Assembly (NCBI GenBank): GCA_903929315.1
Contig: CAIYUC010000152.1
Span: 14,624-78,623, forward strand
DNA: 64,000 bases
Direction: 5' to 3'
Source of the DNA: an uncultured Bacteroidales bacterium
Lineage (GTDB): Bacteria; Bacteroidota; Bacteroidia; Bacteroidales; FEN-979
Shown here: positions 37,720-47,403 of the stretch, one piece after another
Layout: each line of letters opens with the position of its first letter
Position numbering within the stretch: the first letter of the stretch is position 1
The notes under the pieces: generated by a model
Database searches by the model: none
The model's input: the letters and a program-made list of their open reading frames with translations, nothing else
Told to the model about the DNA's origin: nothing
Program-made: the position numbers and the translations under genes

Positions 37720-38154
37720 GATGTGGCACTGGTTGGAGGTGGAGGAATCCCGCAACCGGGGGAGATCTCCCTGGCACATAATGGAGTGTTGTTCCTTGAT
37801 GAATTGCCCGAGTTTAAAAGAAACGTTCTTGAGGTTCTTCGACAACCTCTGGAAGACAGGGTTATCACCATCTCCAGGGCTAAATTTTCAGTCGATTATC
37901 CTGCCAGCTTTATGTTAATCGCAGCGATGAATCCATGCCCATGCGGATATTATAATCACCCTCATACCGAATGTATGTGCGGACCCGGGAATGTTCAGAA
38001 ATACCTGAACAAGATTTCCGGTCCTCTTTTCGACCGCATTATTAAAGTTTCAAGAACGATAGCAGGTATTGATAAACAACAGGAGATAAAGGCTGAGCAC
38101 ATGGCTGAAGCGATACAGTATCGAAGCCTGGACAGGGAGAGTTGGGGGAAATAG
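37720..38154 (+). pseudogene. comM 3' fragment, copy 3 (shorter, with an internal deletion)
   Basis: Collinear with 34703-35020, then jumps to about 35285-35404 of the intact gene. The junction lies at the repeated FDRI codons. Ends ESWGK-stop like copy 1. Confidence 0.8.
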
Positions 38155-38196
38155 CAGTGAACGGTGAATGATGAATGGTGAAGGTTTGCCTACCGG

Positions 38197-39072
38197 CTAA
38201 GAAACGAAGATATCCATAATCACGAAGACAGCAAAGATCACGCTTGCCATTCCATTCATCGTTGCAAACGCCAGGTTGACTTTTGAAAGGTCATTGGGTT
38301 TTACGATGAGATGCTCATAAATCACGATAATCGAAAAGATCCCTGCACCGATCCAGTAAAGAGTATGAAATGTTCCGAGAATTCCTCCAGCAATGACCAG
38401 GGCTATTGAAATCAAATGAAATAAGGCAGAAACGATCAACGCTTTCATTTTCCCGAATGAAACCGGGATGGACTTCAATCTTTCACTCTTATCGAAATCT
38501 TCATCCTGCAAAGCATAAAGGATATCGAATGCTGCTACCCAAAAAATTACAATAACAGAATAGATCAATGGTAATAGAGCAAAATGTCCCGTTACAGCCA
38601 GATAAGCCCCGATGGGGGCAAGGGATAAACTTAATCCGAGGAACAGATGGGAAAGAAATGTGAATCTCTTGGTAAAGCTATAACCCAGGATGACAAATAA
38701 TGCAATTGGAGAAAGGATGAAACATAAAAAATTTGTCAGAAGAGCAGTTCCAATGAACAGGAGCCCGTTAATGATGACAAATAAAAGCGCTGACCTTGGT
38801 TTAATGATTTCCCGTGGAATTTCCCGAAATGACGTCCGGGGATTTTTTTTGTCAAACTCCCGGTCAGCAAAACGGTTAAATCCCATGGCTGCATTTCTGG
38901 CAAAAAGAATGCATAAAATTACCAGGAATAAAAGACGCACATTCAATGTTCCTCCTTTTTCATGAATAGCTAATGAAAATCCTATTAAAGCAAAGGGAAG
39001 AGAGAATATAGTATGGTTGACTTTTATGAAAGATAAATAGTTAACAATCCGGAAGAGTCTTTTATCAGACAT
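38197..39072 (-). CDS. UbiA family aromatic prenyltransferase
   Basis: 291 aa and polytopic. The Asp-rich motif NRFADREFDKKNPRT and a second motif YALQDEDFDKSERL. Confidence 0.8.
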   Translation of the reverse strand: MSDKRLFRIVNYLSFIKVNHTIFSLPFALIGFSLAIHEKGGTLNVRLLFLVILCILFARNAAMGFNRFADREFDKKNPRTSFREIPREIIKPRSALLFVIINGLLFIGTALLTNFLCFILSPIALFVILGYSFTKRFTFLSHLFLGLSLSLAPIGAYLAVTGHFALLPLIYSVIVIFWVAAFDILYALQDEDFDKSERLKSIPVSFGKMKALIVSALFHLISIALVIAGGILGTFHTLYWIGAGIFSIIVIYEHLIVKPNDLSKVNLAFATMNGMASVIFAVFVIMDIFVS

Positions 39073-39136
39073 GGGAAATAAGAAAAATTATCTAATAATC
39101 AGGACAAAGATAGAAAATATGAACTGTTTTAAGAGT

Positions 39137-39144
39137 TAATTTTG
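39137..39144 (+). promoter_or_regulatory. candidate Bacteroidota -7 promoter box (TAnnTTTG)
   Basis: taattttg lies 19 nt upstream of the first ATG (39164) of the methyltransferase ORF. Confidence 0.3.
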
Positions 39145-39163
39145 TCGGTCGTTTTTGCATGTC

Positions 39164-39961
39164 ATGATGTACGAAAAAATAAAATTCATCCGGAGGTATG
39201 CTCATCATTTCTTCCATGCCAGGTCAAAGTTTGATCTGCATTCTCCTTTTATGTATAAGATTTATTCACAAGTACTTATGGATAAAACAGATTATCCTGA
39301 GTACAAGATTATGAATGGGATGTGGTCACTATTATTAAGGGACCAGAGGTATACAACGAGGACTGATTTTGGAGCTAAAGTCCCTGCTTTTCCCTGGCAA
39401 AAAGAAATCCTTCCGGTAAAAACAATTGCAAAAAGATTTTCTGTTTCTCCGGATTTTGGCAGATTGCTTTTCCGGCTTTCACGATATTTTCAACCCAAAA
39501 TCATACTTGAATTAGGAACCTCTTTGGGAATCAGTACGGCATATATGGCTTTAGGAAATCCTGAGGGAACAATAATCACGGTAGAAGGTTGTCCCGAAAT
39601 TGCTAAGGAAGCTGAAAAAAACCTCGAATTACTTGGGATCGGGAATATTGATCAAAGAACAGGGAACTTCAATACATTATTACCGGATATTCTGAGTGAA
39701 GTCAAAAGCCTCGATATGATCTTTATTGATGGTAACCATAAAAAGGATGCTACCCTGAATTATTTTCAACAATGTTTACAACAGATGAGTAGCAATTCCG
39801 TTTTAGTTTTCGATGATATTCATTGGTCAGATGGGATGGAGAAAGCCTGGATCGAAATCAAACAACATCCCCGGGTAAAAGTCACCATCGATTTATTTCA
39901 GATGGGATTGGTTTTTTTCAGGGACGAGCTAAGCAAAGAAGATTTCATCCTCCGGTTCTGA
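39164..39961 (+). CDS. class I SAM-dependent (O-)methyltransferase
   Basis: SAM motif I ILELGTSLGISTAYMA and the FIDGNHKKDATLNYF block. The ORF track starts at a TTG (39155); I prefer the ATG at 39164. Confidence 0.7.
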   Translation: MMYEKIKFIRRYAHHFFHARSKFDLHSPFMYKIYSQVLMDKTDYPEYKIMNGMWSLLLRDQRYTTRTDFGAKVPAFPWQKEILPVKTIAKRFSVSPDFGRLLFRLSRYFQPKIILELGTSLGISTAYMALGNPEGTIITVEGCPEIAKEAEKNLELLGIGNIDQRTGNFNTLLPDILSEVKSLDMIFIDGNHKKDATLNYFQQCLQQMSSNSVLVFDDIHWSDGMEKAWIEIKQHPRVKVTIDLFQMGLVFFRDELSKEDFILRF

Positions 39962-40014
39962 TTAATATTGTATTTTTGTATTCAATATTAGGTACTATCT
40001 GAATTTTTAACCCG

Positions 40015-40752
40015 ATGGAAAAAGAAATCATCAGACTTGTCAATATCGTTAAAAATTTCAAAGTGGGATCCGTGATAGTTGAAGCGCTTCGTTCTGTTTC
40101 GCTCGTCATCCGGAAAAATGAATTTGTAGCCGTCATGGGACCTTCAGGATCGGGAAAATCAACCCTGATGAATATCCTTGGTTGTCTCGAGACTTCCACA
40201 AGCGGGCAATATTTCTTAAACGGTGAGGATGTTAGTAAGCTGGATGATAATAATCTGGCTGAAATTCGTAACCGGCAAATCGGATTTGTATTCCAGACAT
40301 TTAATCTCTTACCCCGCTCCACTGCATTGGAGAATGTTATGCTTCCGTTGATTTATTCAGGTGTGACCAAAGCCAAACGTTTGGAAAGAGCCATGGTAGT
40401 AATGGAAGAAGTGAAATTGACAGATCGTATTGCTCACAAACCCAATGAATTATCCGGTGGACAACGCCAAAGGGTTGCAATGGCTCGTGCATTGGTGAAC
40501 AATCCGGCCATCATCCTGGCCGACGAACCTACCGGGAACCTTGATTCCAAGACTTCTATAGAGATCCTTGGCCTCCTGGAAGAAATTCATAAAATGGGAA
40601 ACACTGTCATTGTTGTTACCCATGAAGAAGACATTGCCCTTCATGCGCATCGTATCATTCGTCTGATGGACGGGGAGATCTCTTCCGATGAATCCAATCA
40701 AAATATTAAAACCATAGCCGATTATCATTTCGTATCCCAGCATCAAAATTAA
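40015..40752 (+). CDS. ABC transporter ATP-binding protein (MacB/LolD-like)
   Basis: Walker [10 protein letters not shown], signature [15 protein letters not shown] and Walker [12 protein letters not shown]. Confidence 0.9.
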   Translation: MEKEIIRLVNIVKNFKVGSVIVEALRSVSLVIRKNEFVAVMGPSGSGKSTLMNILGCLETSTSGQYFLNGEDVSKLDDNNLAEIRNRQIGFVFQTFNLLPRSTALENVMLPLIYSGVTKAKRLERAMVVMEEVKLTDRIAHKPNELSGGQRQRVAMARALVNNPAIILADEPTGNLDSKTSIEILGLLEEIHKMGNTVIVVTHEEDIALHAHRIIRLMDGEISSDESNQNIKTIADYHFVSQHQN

Positions 40753-40770
40753 GCGGGGCACCCGGTTTTC

Positions 40771-41778
40771 ATGCACGATCAAAGCGACTATAAAAAACTG
40801 TTTGAAGATTTCAACAACCTTAACATCCTGATCATCGGTGATGTTATGGTGGATTCCTACCTCTGGGGAAAAGTCGAACGTATCTCCCCTGAAGCTCCCA
40901 TACCAATTGTAGCACTAAAAAAACGGGAAAACCGGATGGGAGGAGCTGCCAATGTTGCGATGAACATAAAAGCCATGGGCGCAAAACCCATTTTATGCTC
41001 GGTCATCGGGGATGATGAGAAAGCAAATATTTTCCTGGACCTTCTGAAAAAAGAAAAAGTCGAATCCTCTGGGATAATAAGGAGCCCCAACAGGATAACC
41101 ACTTCCAAATACAGGATATTCGGGAATAATACACAAATGCTAAGGGTAGATGAAGAAACAGAAGACGATATTGTTAACCCGGATATAAATACCCTATTAA
41201 AAGTTATTCATTCAATTTTTACGAAAGAGCATGTTGATTGTGTTATTTTCCAGGATTATAATAAAGGTGTACTTTGTACAACTCTCGTGAAGGAAGTTAT
41301 TTCAAAAGCGAGCAAGCTCAATATTCCCATATCTGTTGATCCGAAAAAAAAGAATTTTGAAGCTTTTAAAGGAGTTACATTATTCAAGCCAAACCTTAAG
41401 GAGCTTAAAGAAGGTCTTAAAATTGATCTTGATAATGAAGACAGGGAAGCTTTGATTAAGTCTGCTCAGTCTTTACGGGAAAAATTGAAATGTGAATATG
41501 TACTTTCTACTTTATCGGAACGAGGTGTCCTGATAAGCTGTAAAGATAACATGCAGGAGAAAAATATCTATATCCCGGCTCATATGCGTACCATTGCTGA
41601 TGTTTCCGGTGCAGGTGATACAGTAATAAGTGTCGCTTCACTCTGTCTTGCTGAGAAACGATCACCCTATGAAATTGCATATATCTCAAATTTAGCCGGT
41701 GGTCTTGTGTGTGAAGATGTAGGTGTAGTTCCCGTCAATAAAGAAAAGCTTCTCAAAGAAGTTCTTGCCCTTCTCTGA
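40771..41778 (+). CDS. PfkB-family sugar kinase, D-glycero-beta-D-manno-heptose-7-phosphate kinase-like (RfaE domain I)
   Basis: 335 aa. ILIIGDVMVDSYLWGKVERISPEAPIP resembles RfaE/HldE domain I, and the C-terminal motif is DVSGAGDTVISV. Confidence 0.65.
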   Translation: MHDQSDYKKLFEDFNNLNILIIGDVMVDSYLWGKVERISPEAPIPIVALKKRENRMGGAANVAMNIKAMGAKPILCSVIGDDEKANIFLDLLKKEKVESSGIIRSPNRITTSKYRIFGNNTQMLRVDEETEDDIVNPDINTLLKVIHSIFTKEHVDCVIFQDYNKGVLCTTLVKEVISKASKLNIPISVDPKKKNFEAFKGVTLFKPNLKELKEGLKIDLDNEDREALIKSAQSLREKLKCEYVLSTLSERGVLISCKDNMQEKNIYIPAHMRTIADVSGAGDTVISVASLCLAEKRSPYEIAYISNLAGGLVCEDVGVVPVNKEKLLKEVLALL

Positions 41779-42980
41779 TGTCAATACCCGATTCAGATGT
41801 AATAATTGCAGGCGCTGGTCCTGCTGGTGCGATTGTCGCATATCAACTGGCAAAGCAAGGAATTTCCACAATCATTCTTGAAAAAGAAACTTTCCCGCGC
41901 TATAAAGTATGCGGTGGTGGGCTTACACATAAAATTTTAAGTGAACTTCCTTTCCCTGTTGAAGAAATCATTGAATCTTCAATATATACAGTAAGGTTCT
42001 CTCATAATTTTCAGCATACGTTTTCCCGTATATCTTCTGATCCTATTATCTATTGTACTATGCGTGATCGTATGGATGCCTTCTTACTTAAAAAAGCAAC
42101 CGAAGCAGGAGCGAAGATCCTTTTTGATGAACAAGTCACAGGGATTCAGCAGAATAAAAGCATAGTCGAAGTCATAACAAAGAAGAATCATTATTATGCT
42201 CAGTTGGTCATTGGTGCAGAAGGTGCCGCCAGGACTGTTGCACGGTCGATGGACCTTTGTAAAAATATATCCATGGGACTGGCCTGGGAAGCAGAGATTC
42301 TGGCTGATCCGGAAGACATTGTGAAATATTCACAAACTGCATTCCTGGATTGGGGAACTTTTCCCGGTGGATATGGTTGGGTTTTTCCAAAGAAAGATCA
42401 TTTTTCAATCGGAGTAGGAGGGCCTGCCTCTTTATCAACCAGGATGATGGCTTATTATAACCAATTTACCAGGTCAACAGGTATCCGGTTCCTGGAAACA
42501 AAATCTATAAAATCCTGGCCAATACCTGTTCGTATAAGGGAAAGCCAATTTCATAATGGGCGTGTGCTGATCATTGGAGATGCAGCGGGTTTAACTGATC
42601 CTATGACAGGCGAAGGAATTTACTATGCAGTGAAAAGTGCAAAAATAGCCGCCGAAACCTGTTCAGATTACCTTCGGGGGAAGGTATCCTCACTTGAATC
42701 CTATAGTGAACATATCAATACGGAACTTATGACAGAATTATTGGAGGCCAACAGGATTAAATATATTTTTAATGCAGCTCCGCTTAGAATCCATGAACTA
42801 GTTCGTGAAAATGACCGGGTTTGGGGTGGTTTCGTAAAGATTTTACGCGGGGAAAGGAATTACCTGGATGTTCGAAAGGGATTTGGTAAATGGAAAAGTT
42901 TTTGGAATCCGTTGGCCACTATTTTAAAATATAGCGGCGAATGGAAAGAAATTCATTTTAAAGGCAAGAGAATGAAATAA
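41778..42980 (+). CDS. geranylgeranyl reductase family FAD-dependent oxidoreductase
   Basis: 400 aa. FAD motif VIIAGAGPAGAIVAYQLAKQG, then KVCGGGL and LIIGDAAGLTDPMTGEGIYYA. Confidence 0.8.
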   Translation: MSIPDSDVIIAGAGPAGAIVAYQLAKQGISTIILEKETFPRYKVCGGGLTHKILSELPFPVEEIIESSIYTVRFSHNFQHTFSRISSDPIIYCTMRDRMDAFLLKKATEAGAKILFDEQVTGIQQNKSIVEVITKKNHYYAQLVIGAEGAARTVARSMDLCKNISMGLAWEAEILADPEDIVKYSQTAFLDWGTFPGGYGWVFPKKDHFSIGVGGPASLSTRMMAYYNQFTRSTGIRFLETKSIKSWPIPVRIRESQFHNGRVLIIGDAAGLTDPMTGEGIYYAVKSAKIAAETCSDYLRGKVSSLESYSEHINTELMTELLEANRIKYIFNAAPLRIHELVRENDRVWGGFVKILRGERNYLDVRKGFGKWKSFWNPLATILKYSGEWKEIHFKGKRMK

Positions 42981-43018
42981 TTGGTCAAAAAAGGTTGGAA
43001 TACCCGAACAATCAGATA

Positions 43019-43471
43019 TCAGGGAGTTAGAAGTTTTTTTACAATTTCCGAAATCGTTTTGTTGTCTGCTTTTCCGGCAAGTTCCTTCGACGCTATTCCC
43101 ATTACCTTTCCCATATCTTTAATGGTCATAGCTCCCGTCTGTGTAATGATCATCCTGACTTTTTCTGTCACTTCCCCGATCGAAAGTTGTTGAGGCAGGA
43201 AAGCCTCTATGACCGAAGCTTCGAAAAGCTCTATTATAGCAAGATCTTCTCGATTCGCACTCTTATATATATCGGCTGATTCCCTGCGTTGTTTTACCAG
43301 CTTTTGTAATATTTTCAATTCAACATCTTCCCCGATATTGCCTGTTGCTCCTTCTTTGGTCTTTTCCAATAAGATTGCCGCTTTGATTGCCCGTAAAGCT
43401 TCCAGTTTATCCTGCTCCCTGGCAAGCATTGCCTTTTTTATTCCTTCATTTATCTTTTTCTCGAGTTCCAT
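43019..43471 (-). CDS. GatB/YqeY domain protein
   Basis: 150 aa. KKAMLAREQDKLEALRAIKAAI is typical of YqeY. Confidence 0.85.
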   Translation of the reverse strand: MELEKKINEGIKKAMLAREQDKLEALRAIKAAILLEKTKEGATGNIGEDVELKILQKLVKQRRESADIYKSANREDLAIIELFEASVIEAFLPQQLSIGEVTEKVRMIITQTGAMTIKDMGKVMGIASKELAGKADNKTISEIVKKLLTP

Positions 43472-43474
43472 AAC

Positions 43475-45100
43475 CTAGTCAACTTCTTTGTGAAGAAAGG
43501 TATTTTCTGTATTTAATTCTACTGTTTTATCTGCATTTTCGGTAAGTGAATATTTTGGAACCTGTGATTCTGAAGAAGGAGGAACATCGGCAAGTTCAAT
43601 ATTCCTTCGCTTGTATGCAGGAACACTTTCGATCTCCTGCAGATTGTTTTCCAGGGGAGCATGATTTTTCAGTTTCTCGCTTAATGCTTTGAGTTTCTGA
43701 ACTCTTTCATTCAATCGCTTCTCCAATTCAGGTTCCATTTCAGGAGTCACAGGAGCCGGTCTCTGGACAGGCGGAGAAACAGGAGCAGTGACAGGTTGTG
43801 AAACAAAAATATCAAAAGAATTAAAAACGGGCTTTGTTTCCTCTACCGGTATATCATGAGTGATCTTGACATTTTCCTGTTCTTTTTTTTCCATGTCAAA
43901 AACGATTACCCGTTTCGGAGGTATATTTTCTTCAGCGCTTCGATTGTTTTCTCCAAGAGGTTTTTGCATGTTATTCAGCACTGTATCAATTTCTTCCTGC
44001 TGGCCCACAGGCAGTTCGACAGGATCAGGAAGGGGAGTGACATAGTGCACTTCTTTCGGGCACGAAGATTCATTTTCATACAACGGTTTAATGGTAACGG
44101 TCTTCTCGATAGGACTGTGCTTTCTCCGGTGCTCTTCATCAAAACCAGTAGCAATAATGGTAACACTTATATTGTCTTCCAATGAATCATCAATTCCATT
44201 TCCCCAGATAACTTCAGCCGATGATTTCGTTTTTACCTGGATATAATCGGTGATCTCTGTCACTTCATCCATTGTTATCTCTTCCTTGCCGGATGCGATG
44301 TATAGCAAGAGATTGTTAGACCCTTCAATATCATTATCGTTCAACAATGGAGAGTTCAATGCCTGTTCAACTGCATTCAGGGCACGGTTTGGCCCGTTTG
44401 CCTTGCCGCTGCCCATGATAGCGACACCGCTGTCACTCATAACCGTTTTCACATCCTCAAAATCAACATTGATATAGCCTGTGACCGTAATGATCTCTGC
44501 AATGCCTTTTGCAGCAGTCGTCAGCACATCATCGGCATGGCCAAAAGCAGCAGACAACCTTTGATCACCGTAAAGTTCCCGGAGTTTATCATTGCAAATA
44601 ATAACCAGCGCATCAACATATTTTTTTAACTCCGATATACCTTGTTCAGCATGTTGTTTTCGTTTTCTTCCCTCGAATGAAAACGGTATGGTGATAATTC
44701 CGACAGTAAGGATACCCAGTTCCTTGGAAACACTGGCAATCACAGGTGCAGCGCCAGTTCCGGTTCCGCCTCCAAGGCCGGCTGTGATGAATAACATCTT
44801 AGTTCCTTTTTCAAGGATTGCACGGAGGTCCTGAACATTTTCAAGCGCGGCATTCTTCCCCACAGAGGGTACGGCCCCTGCACCCAGACCTCCCGTTAAA
44901 TTTGCGCCCAGCTGAATTTTGGTCGGCACCGGACTCGATTCCATTGCCTGGGCATCAGTATTGCATATAATGAAATCAACCCCTTTAATTCCCTGGCGGA
45001 ACATATGTGTAACAGCATTGCTGCCGCCTCCACCAACGCCAATCACCTTTATAATAGATGATTGATTTTTAGGTAAGTCGAATTTTAGCATATCACTCAT
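43475..45100 (-). CDS. ftsZ: cell division protein FtsZ
   Basis: 541 aa. Tubulin signature GGGTGTGAAP, NTDAQAL-like NTDAQAM, and a long Pro-rich C-terminal linker. Confidence 0.97.
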   Translation of the reverse strand: MSDMLKFDLPKNQSSIIKVIGVGGGGSNAVTHMFRQGIKGVDFIICNTDAQAMESSPVPTKIQLGANLTGGLGAGAVPSVGKNAALENVQDLRAILEKGTKMLFITAGLGGGTGTGAAPVIASVSKELGILTVGIITIPFSFEGRKRKQHAEQGISELKKYVDALVIICNDKLRELYGDQRLSAAFGHADDVLTTAAKGIAEIITVTGYINVDFEDVKTVMSDSGVAIMGSGKANGPNRALNAVEQALNSPLLNDNDIEGSNNLLLYIASGKEEITMDEVTEITDYIQVKTKSSAEVIWGNGIDDSLEDNISVTIIATGFDEEHRRKHSPIEKTVTIKPLYENESSCPKEVHYVTPLPDPVELPVGQQEEIDTVLNNMQKPLGENNRSAEENIPPKRVIVFDMEKKEQENVKITHDIPVEETKPVFNSFDIFVSQPVTAPVSPPVQRPAPVTPEMEPELEKRLNERVQKLKALSEKLKNHAPLENNLQEIESVPAYKRRNIELADVPPSSESQVPKYSLTENADKTVELNTENTFLHKEVD

Positions 45101-45190
45101 GATTTAAGTTCTTTAAAAGTAGATAGAAAGGATGTAATTATTATTTTTGATTTATTTTTTTATTAACAAACCATTTGTTAATAGCGGGTT

Positions 45191-46549
45191 TTACTCATTC
45201 CCTTCCTCAAACCAATTCCGTATTCTTTCAATAAAAGTTTCTGTGAATTTCATTGAAGGCTTAGCTTCGTCGGTATCTTCGGATTTTACTTTTACTTTTA
45301 TTTTTTTCTCTTTCACTCTTTTCGTCTTGCCTTCCTTCACTAATGGCTCTGGCTCCGGTTCCTGGATGAAAAGCTGTAATTTTTCTTTTTCTCTTTCATA
45401 TCGATCTATTCCAACGATAACCAGTCCAATCCCGGTGGCATACATTGGACTTGCCATTTCCGGTGGAACATCCTTTGCAAGATACTCATTGGGGTAACCG
45501 ATCCGGGTATCGAGGCCGGTTTTGAATTCTGTTAACTGGGCAATATGTTTAAGCTGGGCACCTCCGCCTGTCAATACGATCCCACCGATTAATTTTTTTT
45601 CATAACCGGAATTCTTTATCTCATAATAAATATATTCAATGATTTCTTCCATTCTTGCCTGGATGATATTTGCAAGGTTTTTCAAGCTTATTTCCTTAGG
45701 TGGACGACCTCTCAGCCCCGGGATTGCAACAATCTCTTCCTCCCGGTTCTCACTGGCCAGCGCGGATCCGAATTTTACTTTCAGTTCCTCCGCATGCTTC
45801 TTGATAATAGAACAACCTTCTTTGACATCATCGGTAATAATGTCTCCCCCAAGTGGAACAACTGCAGTATGTCTGATGATCCCTTCATGGAAAATAGCAA
45901 TATCAGATGTGCCCCCGCCAATATCTACAAGAACAACCCCTGCTTCCTTTTCCTCTTCACTGAGAACGGCTTCGGCTGATGCAATGGGTTCCAGAATCAG
46001 GTCAACGACTTCCAGTCCGGCCTTTCTCACACACTTGTAAATATTTTTTGCAGCAGCAGTCTGTCCAACGATAATATGGAAGTTCGCTTCAAGTGAACTC
46101 CCGATCATGCCTTTCGGCTGCTTAACTCCGTGTTCGCCATCAATACTGAAATCTTGCGGAATAACTTCAATGATCTCCTCCCCGGGATTCATGTTCAAAT
46201 TGTACATGCTGTTGCATAAATTGTCGATATCCTCCTGGCTGATCTCAATATCATTGTCTTTGCGGATAAGATTTCCCCTGTGTTGTAAACTTTTGATATG
46301 CTGGCCAGCTATACCGACATTAACATATTTGATGTCAACACCCGACTTTTGAGAGGCTCCCTGAATGGCCTCCTTAATGGATTGGACCGTATTCTCTATA
46401 TTAGAGACAACACCTCTTTTAACACCAATGGAAGAGGTTTTACCATATCCCAGGATCTCAATCTTGTCATAATCGTTTTTCCTTCCAACGATGACAGCGA
46501 TTTTAGTTGTACCAATGTCTAATCCGACAATAATTTCCGAAGTCTTCAT
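45191..46549 (-). CDS. ftsA: cell division protein FtsA
   Basis: 452 aa. Actin-like fold with GLDIGTTKIAVIVG and DIGGGTSDIAIF. Confidence 0.95.
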   Translation of the reverse strand: MKTSEIIVGLDIGTTKIAVIVGRKNDYDKIEILGYGKTSSIGVKRGVVSNIENTVQSIKEAIQGASQKSGVDIKYVNVGIAGQHIKSLQHRGNLIRKDNDIEISQEDIDNLCNSMYNLNMNPGEEIIEVIPQDFSIDGEHGVKQPKGMIGSSLEANFHIIVGQTAAAKNIYKCVRKAGLEVVDLILEPIASAEAVLSEEEKEAGVVLVDIGGGTSDIAIFHEGIIRHTAVVPLGGDIITDDVKEGCSIIKKHAEELKVKFGSALASENREEEIVAIPGLRGRPPKEISLKNLANIIQARMEEIIEYIYYEIKNSGYEKKLIGGIVLTGGGAQLKHIAQLTEFKTGLDTRIGYPNEYLAKDVPPEMASPMYATGIGLVIVGIDRYEREKEKLQLFIQEPEPEPLVKEGKTKRVKEKKIKVKVKSEDTDEAKPSMKFTETFIERIRNWFEEGNE

Positions 46550-47403
46550 TTGTTAGTTATTTTAGAACACACCACTTGATTTTGATATTTTATGTTGATG
46601 ACGTTATATTTATTCCACCCTGTTTTACTCAGGCCATTTTTGTAAAAAATTACCAACCGCTCAAATTTCTTTTCTATATCCTCTGCATTTCCGAATACAA
46701 TAATATGATTTCCTACCCTCGGAAACAGTTCAAATTCTCCCGTTTTATCAACATATACCTGTTCGATCTGTGCTTTCAGGAATTTATTGCTCATGATATA
46801 ACGGGCAACTTTATATAAATTAAGGATGGTCGAGTGATAAAAAAGCGAATCTTTTTTACGGATGCTGTCCTGTGAATAATTGATATTCTTTATATACGGT
46901 TCCGTTATATATCCGTTCGCAACTAAAACTCTTGCCGAAAATGCAGGATTTACCGGCAACACATTTCCATTCGCATCAAGGTAATAGGTTTCATTTTTTT
47001 GGTTAAAAATCCGAAGAATCGGTTGCCGCTGGACAATATCGATCTCTATGACTCCATCCAGCGAATTGTAAACCTCTGTATGCGCCACATAGGGTTGTTT
47101 TCCTAATACTTTTTCAATTTTCTCAAAATTGATATATCCTATTGATTGACCTTTTAAACGGTTTCCCGTTTGCTTAAGTATATCCAGAATGTCTTTCTGT
47201 GAAATGAGTGTATCAGACTTGCCATAATCAATTTGAATAATCACTTTTTTACAAATGGTATCATTATGTTCTTCAATTGTGTAACCTGTGAGAGCGACCA
47301 ACCCGGCAGCGAGAACAACCCACATGAGGATATAAAGGATTTTCAACAGCTTCTTTACCATTTTTAAATCATGGTTGTTTGAATAATTGTATGATTTGTC
47401 CAA
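46546..47403 (-). CDS. ftsQ: cell division protein FtsQ-like (POTRA domain)
   Basis: 285 aa. Single TM, located between murC and ftsA. The true start may be the internal Met (MVKKLL). Confidence 0.7.
   Translation of the reverse strand: MDKSYNYSNNHDLKMVKKLLKILYILMWVVLAAGLVALTGYTIEEHNDTICKKVIIQIDYGKSDTLISQKDILDILKQTGNRLKGQSIGYINFEKIEKVLGKQPYVAHTEVYNSLDGVIEIDIVQRQPILRIFNQKNETYYLDANGNVLPVNPAFSARVLVANGYITEPYIKNINYSQDSIRKKDSLFYHSTILNLYKVARYIMSNKFLKAQIEQVYVDKTGEFELFPRVGNHIIVFGNAEDIEKKFERLVIFYKNGLSKTGWNKYNVINIKYQNQVVCSKITNK

Noticed and set aside
33866-38154. An integrase, transposase or tRNA attachment site that would explain the comM rearrangement.
   Set aside because: None of the ORFs in or next to the region has recombinase or transposase motifs, and no tRNA gene is present in the window. 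The mechanism is therefore left open rather than assigned.
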